Origin: Podarcis melisellensis
Lineage: Eukaryota
DNA: 64,000 nucleotides
Strand: one strand, 5' to 3'
Assembly (NCBI GenBank): GCA_964234715.1
Contig: OZ174280.1
Positions 14,863 to 26,800 of this stretch are shown here, piece after piece. The position numbers were made by a program, and so were the translations under genes. How positions within the stretch are numbered: position 1 is the first letter of the stretch; the number at the start of each line of letters is the position of its first letter. The notes under the pieces are model-generated. The model had not been told where the DNA came from. It did not search any database and saw only the letters and a list, made by a program, of their open reading frames with translations.

Positions 14863-17800
14863 AACTTTATTTCTGTGATTCTAAGTTGGTTTAAAGTGTT
14901 TTTTGATATTGTGTTTTAATGTTGCAACCCGCCCTGGGACCTTAAGATGAAGGGCAGGTAATGAATAAATAATCAATAAACAAATAAACAAATAAACAAA
15001 TGCTAATCACACCAAGTATAATTTATATTTATTTATTTTGTTAGTTACCTAACACAGCAGACTGTCTTTAGGTGCCTTGCAGTTATGTTTGGTCCTCAGC
15101 TATCAAGTTAGGACATCTTGTGACAGACAGATACCTTATTTTTAAAGAGCCCTCTTTCTTGCAGCTGATGGGAAAGACCATGATTCTGCAATGCAATCTT
15201 CATACAAATATAAATCTAGTAGTTACATATATAAGGAGATATAATGTAATGCAATATAATATAATATAATATAATATAATATAATATAATATAATATAAT
15301 ATAATATAATATAAGTTTGATTTTCTCTGCTATTTCAGAGGAGCAGCACATTTATGTTGCATTTGAGTTAATGGTTCACTGTTTGATTTGTTTTGCTTTC
15401 ATTTCTTCATTTCTCTTAGAAAATTGGCAACAGGTATGAAGTTTTAATCACCAGATAAGTAGAATGTATAATGTGTAAAGTTGGTCATGTTGTAATGAAT
15501 GATAATTCCTTTTCTCTCCATTTGAGTGTAGAAATGATGGGTATCCGTGCATTTTTCTCTTCTCGTATTTCCACTTCCATTTGCTAAAGAAAAACCTGTT
15601 TCCATAGAGAGTTTAGGTGCACAATCAGACCTCCATTTATTTAACTCCCATTGATTTCAAGGAGAAAGAGCTGAGAGCAGAAATCAATATGACACAAAGC
15701 ACCCAATTTTGGTTGGATACAAAATACAATCACATTTGGAAAGCCACTGTGCTCTTGCTGTTTTCTCTCTTCCCCATTATGCCTTTGCCTTATCTTAGTC
15801 GTAGCATTTTCTTTGCCTACTTGAATTTCTCATGCACATAAGTTGCCCCATGCTCTTGATAGTCTTCTTTGTTCATCCAAAAGCCACTGAAAGAGCTGAG
15901 TGAGGCCACCAAAGAGCCCCCAAGCCATGCTGCCTTGCCTCTTGCTGGGGAAGCCAGGATTTTTATAGGGTGCCCCCTGCCATGAAGCAAGGCATGCAGT
16001 TCCTTGCACATCCTCTCTGGAAAGCCAGGAAACAATGAGGAGCCTCCTGATAATACAACATTATGCATGAGCTCTCCTTGAAACTCAGCTGGAAACTTCT
16101 GCAAACTTTGGAAAGCCAAGATATGAAGTCCCGGGGAGTTCTGGCTCAACAGATGTGGCCTGAAGAGTGGCTCTGGGCAGCAAATACGTTCTTTGTCTAA
16201 CATTAACAAGTGCCCATCAGGGATCTGAACGCTCACAGGGTCCTGGCAAGCCTTGCCTTGAAGATCCCTTTCATAGTCCATGGACACATAGCAGTACTGT
16301 TTTGTAAGCCGGGCCACCATCTTTTTATCCAAGGACCCAAGAAGCTGTGGGTCATTGGAACTCTCCAGCAGCAGGGCATGCATGTGCTTGCAGAGAGCCC
16401 TCCCAGCCACGTCTAGTCGGTAGGTGCCTTCCATCCAGGTTTGCCCAGAGTGGATCGGAGTGACATGAGAAACCCCCGCCCCTGCCTCCACGCTCAGTCC
16501 AGTGACTCTACCACAGGCGCAGAGAGAGAGGAATCCTGTGTTGGCCACATGTAAAGCTGGGACACCAAAGCTCTCAAAAAACACTTCTGCCATCTTCTCT
16601 CTGTTTGTAGTAGGGCAGGAGGGAGAGTCACTCATCAGCATAGGATGGTCCTCAACAGGCACTCTCAATCCACAGTAGAAGAGATGGCTCCACAGATTCT
16701 CCATAGCCTCCCAGTCCACTATGATGCCATGCCTAACTGGATGGTCTGGGGATCTTCTGAAGCTGCCTTTGGCATGGACATTACAGGAGATAGATAGATG
16801 TTTATCCTGAGTCATCCCTGGATCGGTGGGAGGCAAGTATGTTGTCTTCATGGAAATCCTTGGCCTTTCCTCTCCTGCAAAGCCTGATCGAATGAAGGCA
16901 CTGCCATTGTCTACCACAATCGCAACTTTCCCCATAGTGTTGCACCTTTCCTCATGCCCTCTTCTGACTTTGCGGAAGTGGAATTATGTTGGCAGAATTG
17001 GAGAGAGATAAAAGCTCTTGTCACCCTGCCAAAAAACCAAAGCATAAGTAAAGAAGGAATGAGGCTGTGAATTCCCTTGGTAGTCAACTGCTGAAGTGAA
17101 AGTAGGATTCCTGTTGAGCATCAGAGTCAGGATATCTGAACAATCTCACAACACAATTGTTGCTTACAAGAGTAAGCCCCTTTGGGATCCCTTTTGGTTG
17201 CAGCACTATAGTCCATAGCAATCAGATAAAACATGGAGCTGCAATACACCAAGGTTTTGTGTTTCTTCATGGACTCAAAATAAATAACAAGTGACGTGAC
17301 CATCATGACCCCTATGGTGTATTGGTGTTTTTGTTAGTGCCCTGAACCGTTAATACTGCATAGACAAGACTGAACAGATGCTAAGGACTTACATAGTGCT
17401 TGTATGTGCACTCAGTAGTAGAAACACAACCTGGTTTGCATGTGACACTAAGCCATGGTTTATAAACCCTGATTTAACTTAAGCACAGTTAAGCCTGATT
17501 GTCCATACCTGCACCTCAGCTTAACTTTGGTTTATGTATTAACCAAGGTTTGCAGCTGGTTTATAAACCTTGGTTTATGTTAACCATGGCTTAGCTTAAT
17601 ATGGGATGCATTCCAAAGGACATGGTATTGTGTCGACTTCAGAATTCACAGTTTATTACAGAACCCCAAGTGTGCTTGCATAGGAAAGTGTTGTGGAAAT
17701 AAAGACATTGTTATAATAAGATACTGAGATAAAGCCTGTTTCCTGTTCATTGAATATTCATCCTGATATGTTTGTGTGGAGGTTAAATGTCACTAGCAAC

Positions 17801-20800
17801 TAGTGGCTATTATCCCATGTTTTCCAGTGCACTTTTCTTTTGTTTTTCCTTTTGGACTTTATGTCTTTTAGAAAGGTGATGGGGGAAATGTGCTAGAATG
17901 TATAGGATAAGAAACATTTTTTGTAGATGAACAGCCCTCTGAAAAGGCATAGCAGAGACATGTGTGCAGCTTGTAGCTGCCCAGTGTGCATTTCATGCTT
18001 CCCACAGGTCTCACAGCCTGACAGTCCCACTCAGATAGTAGGTACCAGCACTTTTCTTGGTTGCACTTATGGTGCATCTCCACTGGTTTTGCATGGAAAG
18101 TGGGTGCCTTCTTGGCAGGGGTGCCAACTTGCCCCACACATTGAGGGGGTGTGGTCATGTGACACTGCCCAGCATGTGCCAGGTAGGGGTGGGACATGCG
18201 GAGGACAATCTTTGTGCTTGCTAGTCCCAGCCTATGCCTGGCTCCTGGCCTCTCAGGTGGAGGCTGGGGCGAGCAAAGGCAAAGATTGCCCTCACTTGTC
18301 CCAGCCCCCATCTGGCTCCTGGGATCCTGGGCTGCCGGGCAGAGGCTGGGGTGCATGGGGGTGGCAGGGGGTGATGACCCCCTCAATATTGGGGGGTGCA
18401 GCCCCCAGCCGCCAAAATATTTGGGTAGCTGGAGCCCCTTGCATCCCATAAACCCAGCTTCCTTGCTTCTTGGGAGTTTTATTTAAAATAGCTGTAACTT
18501 GCGCTTTATCCTAAAATCTCATGGCAGGGAACATACATAAAACACCATCCACTTACCAAAATAATGAAGATAAAATAAACTAGAATGTCCTCATGTAGTG
18601 CCACAGCGGACAATCAATAATAACCCTTCCTGACATTGACCATTGTTGGTTGGTGGAATCGATTTCATACCTTGTCATATGTCTCCTCCTGTTTACCTCA
18701 TCTGAGGAGCCTCTGGATATTAGAAAACTTTGGCACGACAATGGGGAGGTCCTGAATGAGATGGCCAAAGAAAGGAAATGCCCAGCTTTGATGGGAATTC
18801 TTAGAACCTGCTGTGGTTTCCCTTCCTAACATGGATTTCCTTCTCTTGTGACTTCATTGGGTTCTGTTATGTGCAGTTCCATGGCAATGGAGCAGTGGGT
18901 GATCTGTGGCCCTCCAGGCGTTGCTGAGCCCCAGCTCCCATTATGCCCAGGCAACATCGCCCCATTGAAAAGCTTTTGAAGGGAGTGGGCTCTGCACTGG
19001 TGTCAAATCCAAGTAGCATTAGCTATGTTCATTCATTTGCATTGTGCCCCTCCTTTTCTTCACAAAGCTCAGAGCAATGATCATGAGGTTTCCAGGTGGT
19101 CTCTCATCCAGAGCCAAATCTGCTTAGCTTCATTTCTGAAACATCATCATGACCTCTCAGACCATTAAAATAAACAAAAACTCCAGATGATTAGAAATAT
19201 GTATAAAGCTAATAAATCCCAGCAGAATGATACCATAAAATGAAAATCAGTTATAAAAAATGGGGAAATAACTGGGCAATTTTACTATTATTGATTTTAA
19301 AATCTCCATCAGGAGCTAAAATACACGCTTCCGCAAGGAGGGCATTCCACAGACTGGGCTCGGTAATTGAAACGGGCCCTATTCTATTTACCACCCATCT
19401 AACCTCAAAGGGCAAAGGGACCCACAAAAGTGCCTCAAAAGAAGGCAGCATGGAGGATATTTATGTTTTGTGAAGATTACAGGCTTCTTACACATGACAT
19501 TTTTGCATATGTTGTCATTCAGCAACATACCTGTCACAACAATGTGTTTTGTTTTCTGCACTTATCATTTTGAAATCATTTCCTTTTTAAAAGAGCCACA
19601 TAGACAATATAAGAACGTAAGAAGAGCCTGCTGGCTCGGACCAATGGCCCATCTAGTTCCGTGTGCTGGTCTCACAGTGGCCAACCAGATGCCTTTGGGA
19701 TCCCTGCAAGCAGGACATAAATGAAATATCCATCTCTTGCTCCTTTTCCCTGCCAGCTCCAGCAAATGGCATACGGTGGCTTGCCACCTATGGTAGCAAA
19801 GGTAATATGTAACCATCATGAACAGCAGCCACTGATAGCCTTATCCACCATGAATTTGTCAAATACCCTTTTAGCTTCTTCATATAGGAAAAACGTGGGA
19901 TGATTTGCAAGACCATAAGGATTGCCTAGATGGGCAAAGGGTCCACCTAGTCCCCAACAAAGGCCAGCAAGATGCTTTGGGAAGATTTCTGGGTAGCATC
20001 CATAAATCGGTGGTACAGCAAGTGATTATCGTGCATAAGGCTCCATCCCTGGCAACTCCAGTTAAAGCCATCAAATAGCAGATGGTGGAAAAGACCTCTT
20101 CTGCCTGAAACCCTGGAGAGCCACCATCAGTCAGTAGACGGTACTAGACTAGAATGTCAAATAGTCTGACCTGCTATATGGCAAATTCCATATTTCAAGC
20201 TCACAGGCCAGACATAACAGGGGTGCCCTGTTGTTTGTCAACAGCATCCAGAAAATCAAATATATCCTGCCTCTAACCTTGGAAGTTCTGTTTGACCTAT
20301 CATGGCTCATATCCAGTAGCATAAGAATTCCCAAACTATAAAAGCCCATGGAAATGTGAATTGATGGTATCTGAGCTGAGTATGGATGTGGGTTTGGAGC
20401 ACCGTGCCCCTGTAGTCCCAAGCTACATACCAATTTTTTTCCAGAATACATCGTTATTTCTCAACGAATGCTGTAATGAGTTGACTGGCCCTTCAGAGGA
20501 TGAGAGGGAGGCCTCTTCTTAAAGTGCCTGCTAGGACTGGAGCTTAATCTTTGACATCCTCGCAGGTACTCTGTAAGCAGGTATTCTGTGTATATGATTC
20601 TCCCTCCAAAACACCCAATAAAGCCACAGGGTGTGTGGAAATGCCTTTCCACTTGCCACTGAATTCTCCTCAATTGTTCTGCTGTTTTCAGGCTTTGGAA
20701 CCCACAACAGCCTGATTCCCTCATGAGGCACCAACATGAAGGTACCCAAAGGAAGCAAAATGCTCATAGCTTATAGTTAAGGTGAATCGGGGCCTCTCCC

Positions 20801-23800
20801 TATTACACATCACATTCCGCAATGTTACAACTGTTAGTTCCCAATCAGCAATTGCTGGTGCAACATCTTACAGCTACTTCTCTTCTGGATTCTTTGGATG
20901 GTGTCTGCTGGGTTTTCTAGGAGGACCATACCTGTTTCCTGGCTGACAGCCTCAAGGAACCTGTGTAGCTTGCCTCTTACAATGATGGGCTTGATTGCCT
21001 GAATGATTCTAGCATGCTCATGCATTAATATTGTACAATGATAACTATCCAACCCGGGAACAGAACCTGTGTCCTTCCAGTTGTTGCTGGACTATAATTC
21101 TCATCACCCCTGACCATTGGCCATGCTGGTGACGCTGGCTGGGGCTGATGGTAGTCAGAATACAACATCTGGCAAACCCGAGGCTCCTCATCTCTGCCTT
21201 AACCCATTAAGTCTTACTTTAACCTCACATTGCCCTTGTGATCGGCACGATAGCAGGACGTGAGAACAGACCCTTGTTCTCGCCCCACTTTCAAGCACAC
21301 ACTAAAGGTGACCAGCCTTTTCGAGATGCTCAGCTTGGTTTATTGCCTTCCTGTGTCCTGGAGGTTTTTGTTTCCGTACCCTTGACCTGGCAATGTCTGC
21401 TGATCACAGTCCAGGTGGTCCTCTCATGCCTACTGGATGTATGGTGTACCAATTCTTGGTTTTATTTTTGGCAACCGTGGAGTCCCCGTCTGCGTTGAGC
21501 CCTGTCTTTTCAGCCTCAACCAAGAAAAACATTGTGAGAATCTTCCGCAGCTGGTGGTCTCCATCTCCTCCTCCTCGTCGGGCTGCTGAAGGAAACGGCA
21601 ATGAGGGGCTGCTGGGACTGTCTCCACGGTAGCCCCTTGGCTCTTGCCGGCCACAAAAATTTACCCTGCTCCCCAGGGGGAGAGTGAAGAGGGGGAGGAC
21701 TTTGGAGCCATGAGACAATTTTCCAAGAGGAGGAAGCAGCACTACCTTGACCTGTAAGCAAAACAGAATCTTCCTAATAAACTGAAACTTTCCTCCCTCA
21801 AGCACAAGAATTCTCCCTGATCCATTTCTGCAGCCTGAGTCAAGCACTTGATTGGACCTCATAGTCTCAGCTATTGCCTCCGGACAGATATTTAAACACT
21901 GTTGGATTTTTCTCATGTGATTCTTGCAGTGGCTGCCTTTGAATAGAAGAGTCTCTGGGTGCTGCAGCTGACCCAGAATGCAACAACTAGGTTGTTAGTG
22001 GGCACCAGAGGGACTGTGTTTGATCTGTCCTGCGGCATCCTCACTGAGTGCCCTTTTGTTTCCTGGCACAATTTAAAGTGTTGGTGATCAACCTTAAAGC
22101 CCTAAATGACCAGTGTACCTATGGGATTGCCACCTATGAGAAACAGATGGGCGGGACATAAATTATCATCACCATCATCTTTCCAACCTGCCCTTCTCTG
22201 GTAGTGGAGGCACAGTTGATGACAGCAAGATATTGGGTCTTCTAAGTGACTGCAGCAATATTGCACCTTGTGATATGAATTGTGATTTGCTAGCTAGCTG
22301 GTAAAGACATTTTTATTCTGGCACATTTTTGCCTGCTAAGTACTATGAAGGTCGTTTTTACCTGTTAACACTGCCATTGTTTTTTAAACAGATCTTTAAT
22401 GTTGCTATATATATATATAGTAGTATTGTAATTTTAAAGTTGCCCTGAGTGGGGCATGGGGCCTAGAAGGGTGGGGCAGATCTAGGGTAAGGGTGGGCAA
22501 GAGGTAGACTGGGATCTACTGGTAGATCAGTGGACGATTTGCTGTAATGTTGTGTTCAGTAGTACTGAAATCTAATGCACTAGTGCAGGGGTCCCCAACC
22601 TGCGGCCCATGGGCCAGAAGTGGCCCATGGAGGCCATTTAACCGGCCCACAAGCCACCCCCGAACGAGCCACCCACTGCGCTAAACTGGTGTGGCACGGG
22701 GACTCTCTTCCGCAGTTATGGAAATTGCTTCTGCCCATGCCCAGATGCCAGAAATCACATCTGCACATGTCTGCGGTACCAGAAACCGCTTCTGTGCATG
22801 CCCAGATGCCAAAGGTTGCTTCTGCGCAGGCCCAATTTCCGGTGTCTGGGCATGTGCAGAAGTGATTTCTGGCACTGCGGACATGCGCAGACGCGATTTC
22901 CGGCATCACGCTGTGCCGGTCTGGCCCATGGAGGATCTCTGCGGGAGTGATCTGGCCCATGCCTGGTAAGCCTTGCTGACCCCTGCACTAGTGGAACTGA
23001 GGAAGCTTAGTCTCAGCTTTTTATAGTGTTCCCTGTTAAGGTTGATTGCGTTCAAAATTTGGGAAAGAAGAGAGACTTGCAGTGAAATAGGGAATGTGGT
23101 GCTCCATGAAGAAATAGTTGCCGGAACAGCAAGCACAAAGCAGCAAAAGTGTATAACTGCAAAACTAAACTGCAAAACTAAATAAATAAATGAATAAAAC
23201 TAAATAAATTGTGTCATTACAGGAAACCCTGTGTGTGTGTGTAGTGCAGAAGAATCTCTAGGTCACACTAGCGGGAAATCCCTGTAATCTCTATAACCCA
23301 GAGTTAGCTAACCTTCATTAGGAGCAAAGATATGTTACCGTTCAAATCAGGCCATTGGCCTGATCTAGCAGGCTCTTCTTAATGTTAGCCACCTCCACAT
23401 CTTGTTTAAATACACCATTTAATGAAATGCTGTGTGAAGCAGGATTTCCTTTTGTCTGTTGCAAATCTCTCATCCTTCAACTTCATTGGTTGACCATTCC
23501 TTTGGATGGTCAATAGATGTCTCTTCTCGGGAGCTGACTGAGAAGAATTAGGTCCTTTCCACACTTACCAATTATCATAGCACTGTTGCTATTTGATCTG
23601 GCTTTCTTAAAGAGTTAATTTGTAGCTTGATTGCCTGCACTTTTGCTCACACGTCACAGTTATTAGAGAGTGACTTTGAGGGTTTGCTTTCCAAACTAAG
23701 GGTGAGTTGCGCCCTCATGGGAAAAGTGCCACTGCTGTAGTTCTATCCCTCAAGTACCCTTGTGTCCCTCAGCAAATGTCAGAGTTATGAGCATGTGCAC

Positions 23801-26800
23801 TGAGATAGCCGTTTCACAGCTTTTATCATTTTTATTTTAATGCCTGTTGTGCTGGAATATTGTGTGAGGATAGGAGATTAGAAGAGGATCTGCATGTCTG
23901 CTTGAACTATGGTGAACCTTGTCAATGTGATGGAATTTTGCCTGCAGCTAATAGTTGAAGGTATAGGCAGTGCATTGACTCAGTCCCATTGATTCCTTTT
24001 GCTATATACAGGGTGAGTCCTTTAAAAGAGGCCCCGTGGATACAGAGTACACATGTTCTATGGGGCCTCTTTTAAAAGACTCACCCTGCATATATCCCTC
24101 CTCTGAACAGAGCTTGCGTGCTGACAGCTCGCAGTGATCAGAGGGAAGGAAAACAGGCGTCTCTCAACCCTTCCACACAAAAACTGAGACAATGCTTACA
24201 CAATGCCACACAAATGCAAATATTGATGATCCATTCCAGATCTTTCACAAAAGTCAAAAATTTTTGTGGTACACAGGGGTGGGGGTAGTACATCATTTCA
24301 AAATACTAGCTGAGTAATAACGAAGTTGCTCAGCAATATGCCAGAAAAGAAACCCTGATGGAAAGAACAGTTATGCCACCATAAATGATAAGTGCAAAAA
24401 AGCACTCTCCTGATATCTGGAAATCTCTCCAATATTTTTGAAGATTACCATCACCACTTATAGAATGTGACACCACCAACCTACATGGAGGGGTATGTGT
24501 GAAGGATCCACAGTTATACATTTGAGACCAGAAACAAGGCTGCAGTGAAGTCTGAAAAGCCTGAAAAGGTTTTTGAAATGTCTTTCTTTGGTCTGAATGG
24601 ACAGCAAAGTAGGCCCCGGGTGGCTTTTTCGGGGGGAGAGCCTTCCACAGTTGGGATGGCAGTGCTGAGAATACTCACTCCCGGGTCTCTTTTCAGATGG
24701 TGGTGACACTGGGGTCCCTGGGTCTAGTTCACGGGTAGCCAAGATGATGCTCTCCAAGTGTTGGTGAGCAATTACTCCCATCGGTCCCAGGTAACATGGT
24801 CAAGGATGATGGGAATTGTAGTCCCGTAATATCTGGAGGGCAACACATTCGCTACCGCTAGTCTTGTCAGCATTATGGCATAATCTCTGCATGTAGAAAC
24901 AGCTTGGCAGGAGAGAAATCTTGTGTAGGGGGAGGACGTATATTATACACAGTTGTACAAGACTGCAGAAAGAGGGTGTAGGGGGCACCCTCAGCTTCTG
25001 GTGTTTTTGGGGGGTGAGGATATGGGGGAGCAACTAATCAACTGGTACTTACAGTGGACTTGTCTTTTTTCAAGCAAATTAAAATTCCCCTTTTGTCCTT
25101 GTCCTGGTCTGCAGACTTATCAGACTTATTTTTCTTTATTTTTCTGTGGGAGATGTTATTCCCCATCATGCCACCAGGGTAGCGGCTCTCCTCCTGGGGA
25201 AGCAGCTATGATAATGTTGCTACCAGCCCCTCCTGTGGTTGGGACTTTAACATCAGGTGCTATTGTGATGTCATCCAAGTTCATAGGGCAATCTTACAAT
25301 GGCTGAGAGATACACAGCTAAGCCCTTGCAGTCACCAGTGGCTGAGATCTTTCTTCTTCTTTTGCCCTTTGTTCTCTGTCACTGAGCCACAACAACCAGG
25401 AAGCAGGAATATATTTGAATTAAGCAGAACACATGGAGTTCTCCAGATGTTATTGAACTGCAACCCTATCAACCTCCATCAAGCATGGCCAGTGATAAGA
25501 GGTGATAGGAATTGTAGTCCAGTGTTTGGAGGGCACGGCATTGACTTCCTCTGGTTTAGAAGGTCTGTGTTAGGCCCTGCATCATTTCACATTGTGCTGG
25601 TTTTGACCCTGAAAGCCTTACACAACTTGAGCTCACCATACCTAAACAACTTCCTGTCTCCACCTGAACCTCTCTGGACCCTGAGATAATCATCTGCAGT
25701 CCTTTTCTGTGTGTCCCCTTTGAGAGAGAATTGGAGGGTGGCAAGAAGAGAATGGGAATTCTCTGTAGCATTCACCCCATTTATGGAAAGCTCTCTCCTA
25801 AGGAGGTCTGCGTGGCACCAACCTTGTCATTGTTTCAGTGACAGGCAATGGCATTTTTGTTTTCTCGGACATTTGGGAGGCACTAATGATAACAGTATTG
25901 TGCTGTTGAATCTGTTTTTTGTTCTTTATTTAGGTTTTTGCTGTATTTTTTTTTACTGGTTGTAAATCACTTTAGTGGGAAGTGATTTATAAATTGAATA
26001 AACCCAATCTGATGTGACCAGATCTGACCTACAGTTTTCTTGCTTTTCATCTTCTTTGTTGCTTTTTCTCCATTTATGAGGGAAAGGGTCTTCCAGATGT
26101 GGTTGGCACCAAAATGCCAGCCTGCATTTCTCACCCATTTAATCTGGATGTACCCTTTCCAGCAAAAATCGATGTTAAAAAAAAATTGTTAACAATCATC
26201 CAACATCTAAATGATCTCCTTGCAATATTAAGCACCTGTCTAGAAACATGCAAAGAGACAGATTCTCCACCCCACTGCATGATTGTTTCTCCAAGATAAT
26301 TTTGCAAAGCAGAGATAGCTGGAAAGTAGATTCATCATGTCTCCATGAAATGGAATTTTGAAAGAAGAAGGAATGCAGAAGAAAGGGGAAATTAGCATAT
26401 TTATGAAGCAAAAAGGAACAAGAGGGGGAAGCTCCTGTGGCCAGAGGATGTGCACTGGAGTTTGCCTTTTGCTAATCTGCGGTGTGCTGGCTCATAATGA
26501 ATCAAAAATCCCTCTTCCTCCCTTTCAATGGAAATGGAAGTGCATTGTTCAGAGCAACCAGGCAGATGCTTTCAGCTGATGGGGTATCTCACAGAAATTG
26601 CACTGGGGTGATACTTACCTTGGTAAAATGCCCCCCCTTTCCCCCCCTATCAGCTTATTGTGTGCAGTTCTGGCATCTTTCCTGTTCTTTAATTTATGAG
26701 CCCCATTTTGGTATCTAATTATTCACTGCCTCCTTACGTTACTCAGTAATTTATCTCCTACACAGAAATGGTTCTGTCTGCGTCGGACTTCATGATGGCT

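Noticed and set aside
17868-18486. Long overlapping ORFs (193, 174 and 96 aa)
   Set aside because: GC-rich repeat-like DNA open on both strands with no recognisable domain
20461-21052. Short minus-strand ORFs as a third nested gene
   Set aside because: No recognisable homology or coherent splice structure
21752-21916. N-terminal part of the 170-aa ORF
   Set aside because: Upstream of a clear splice acceptor; intronic read-through
22580-22988. Repetitive ORFs or CRISPR-like array
   Set aside because: Internal tandem repeats of a hAT element with an 8-bp TSD; eukaryotic context and no unique spacers
24458-24781. ORF MGVIAHQ... with a GTGAGT donor as C20orf144 exon 1
   Set aside because: Wrong phase (1) and overlaps a common palindromic lizard repeat; 25053-25166 fits far better
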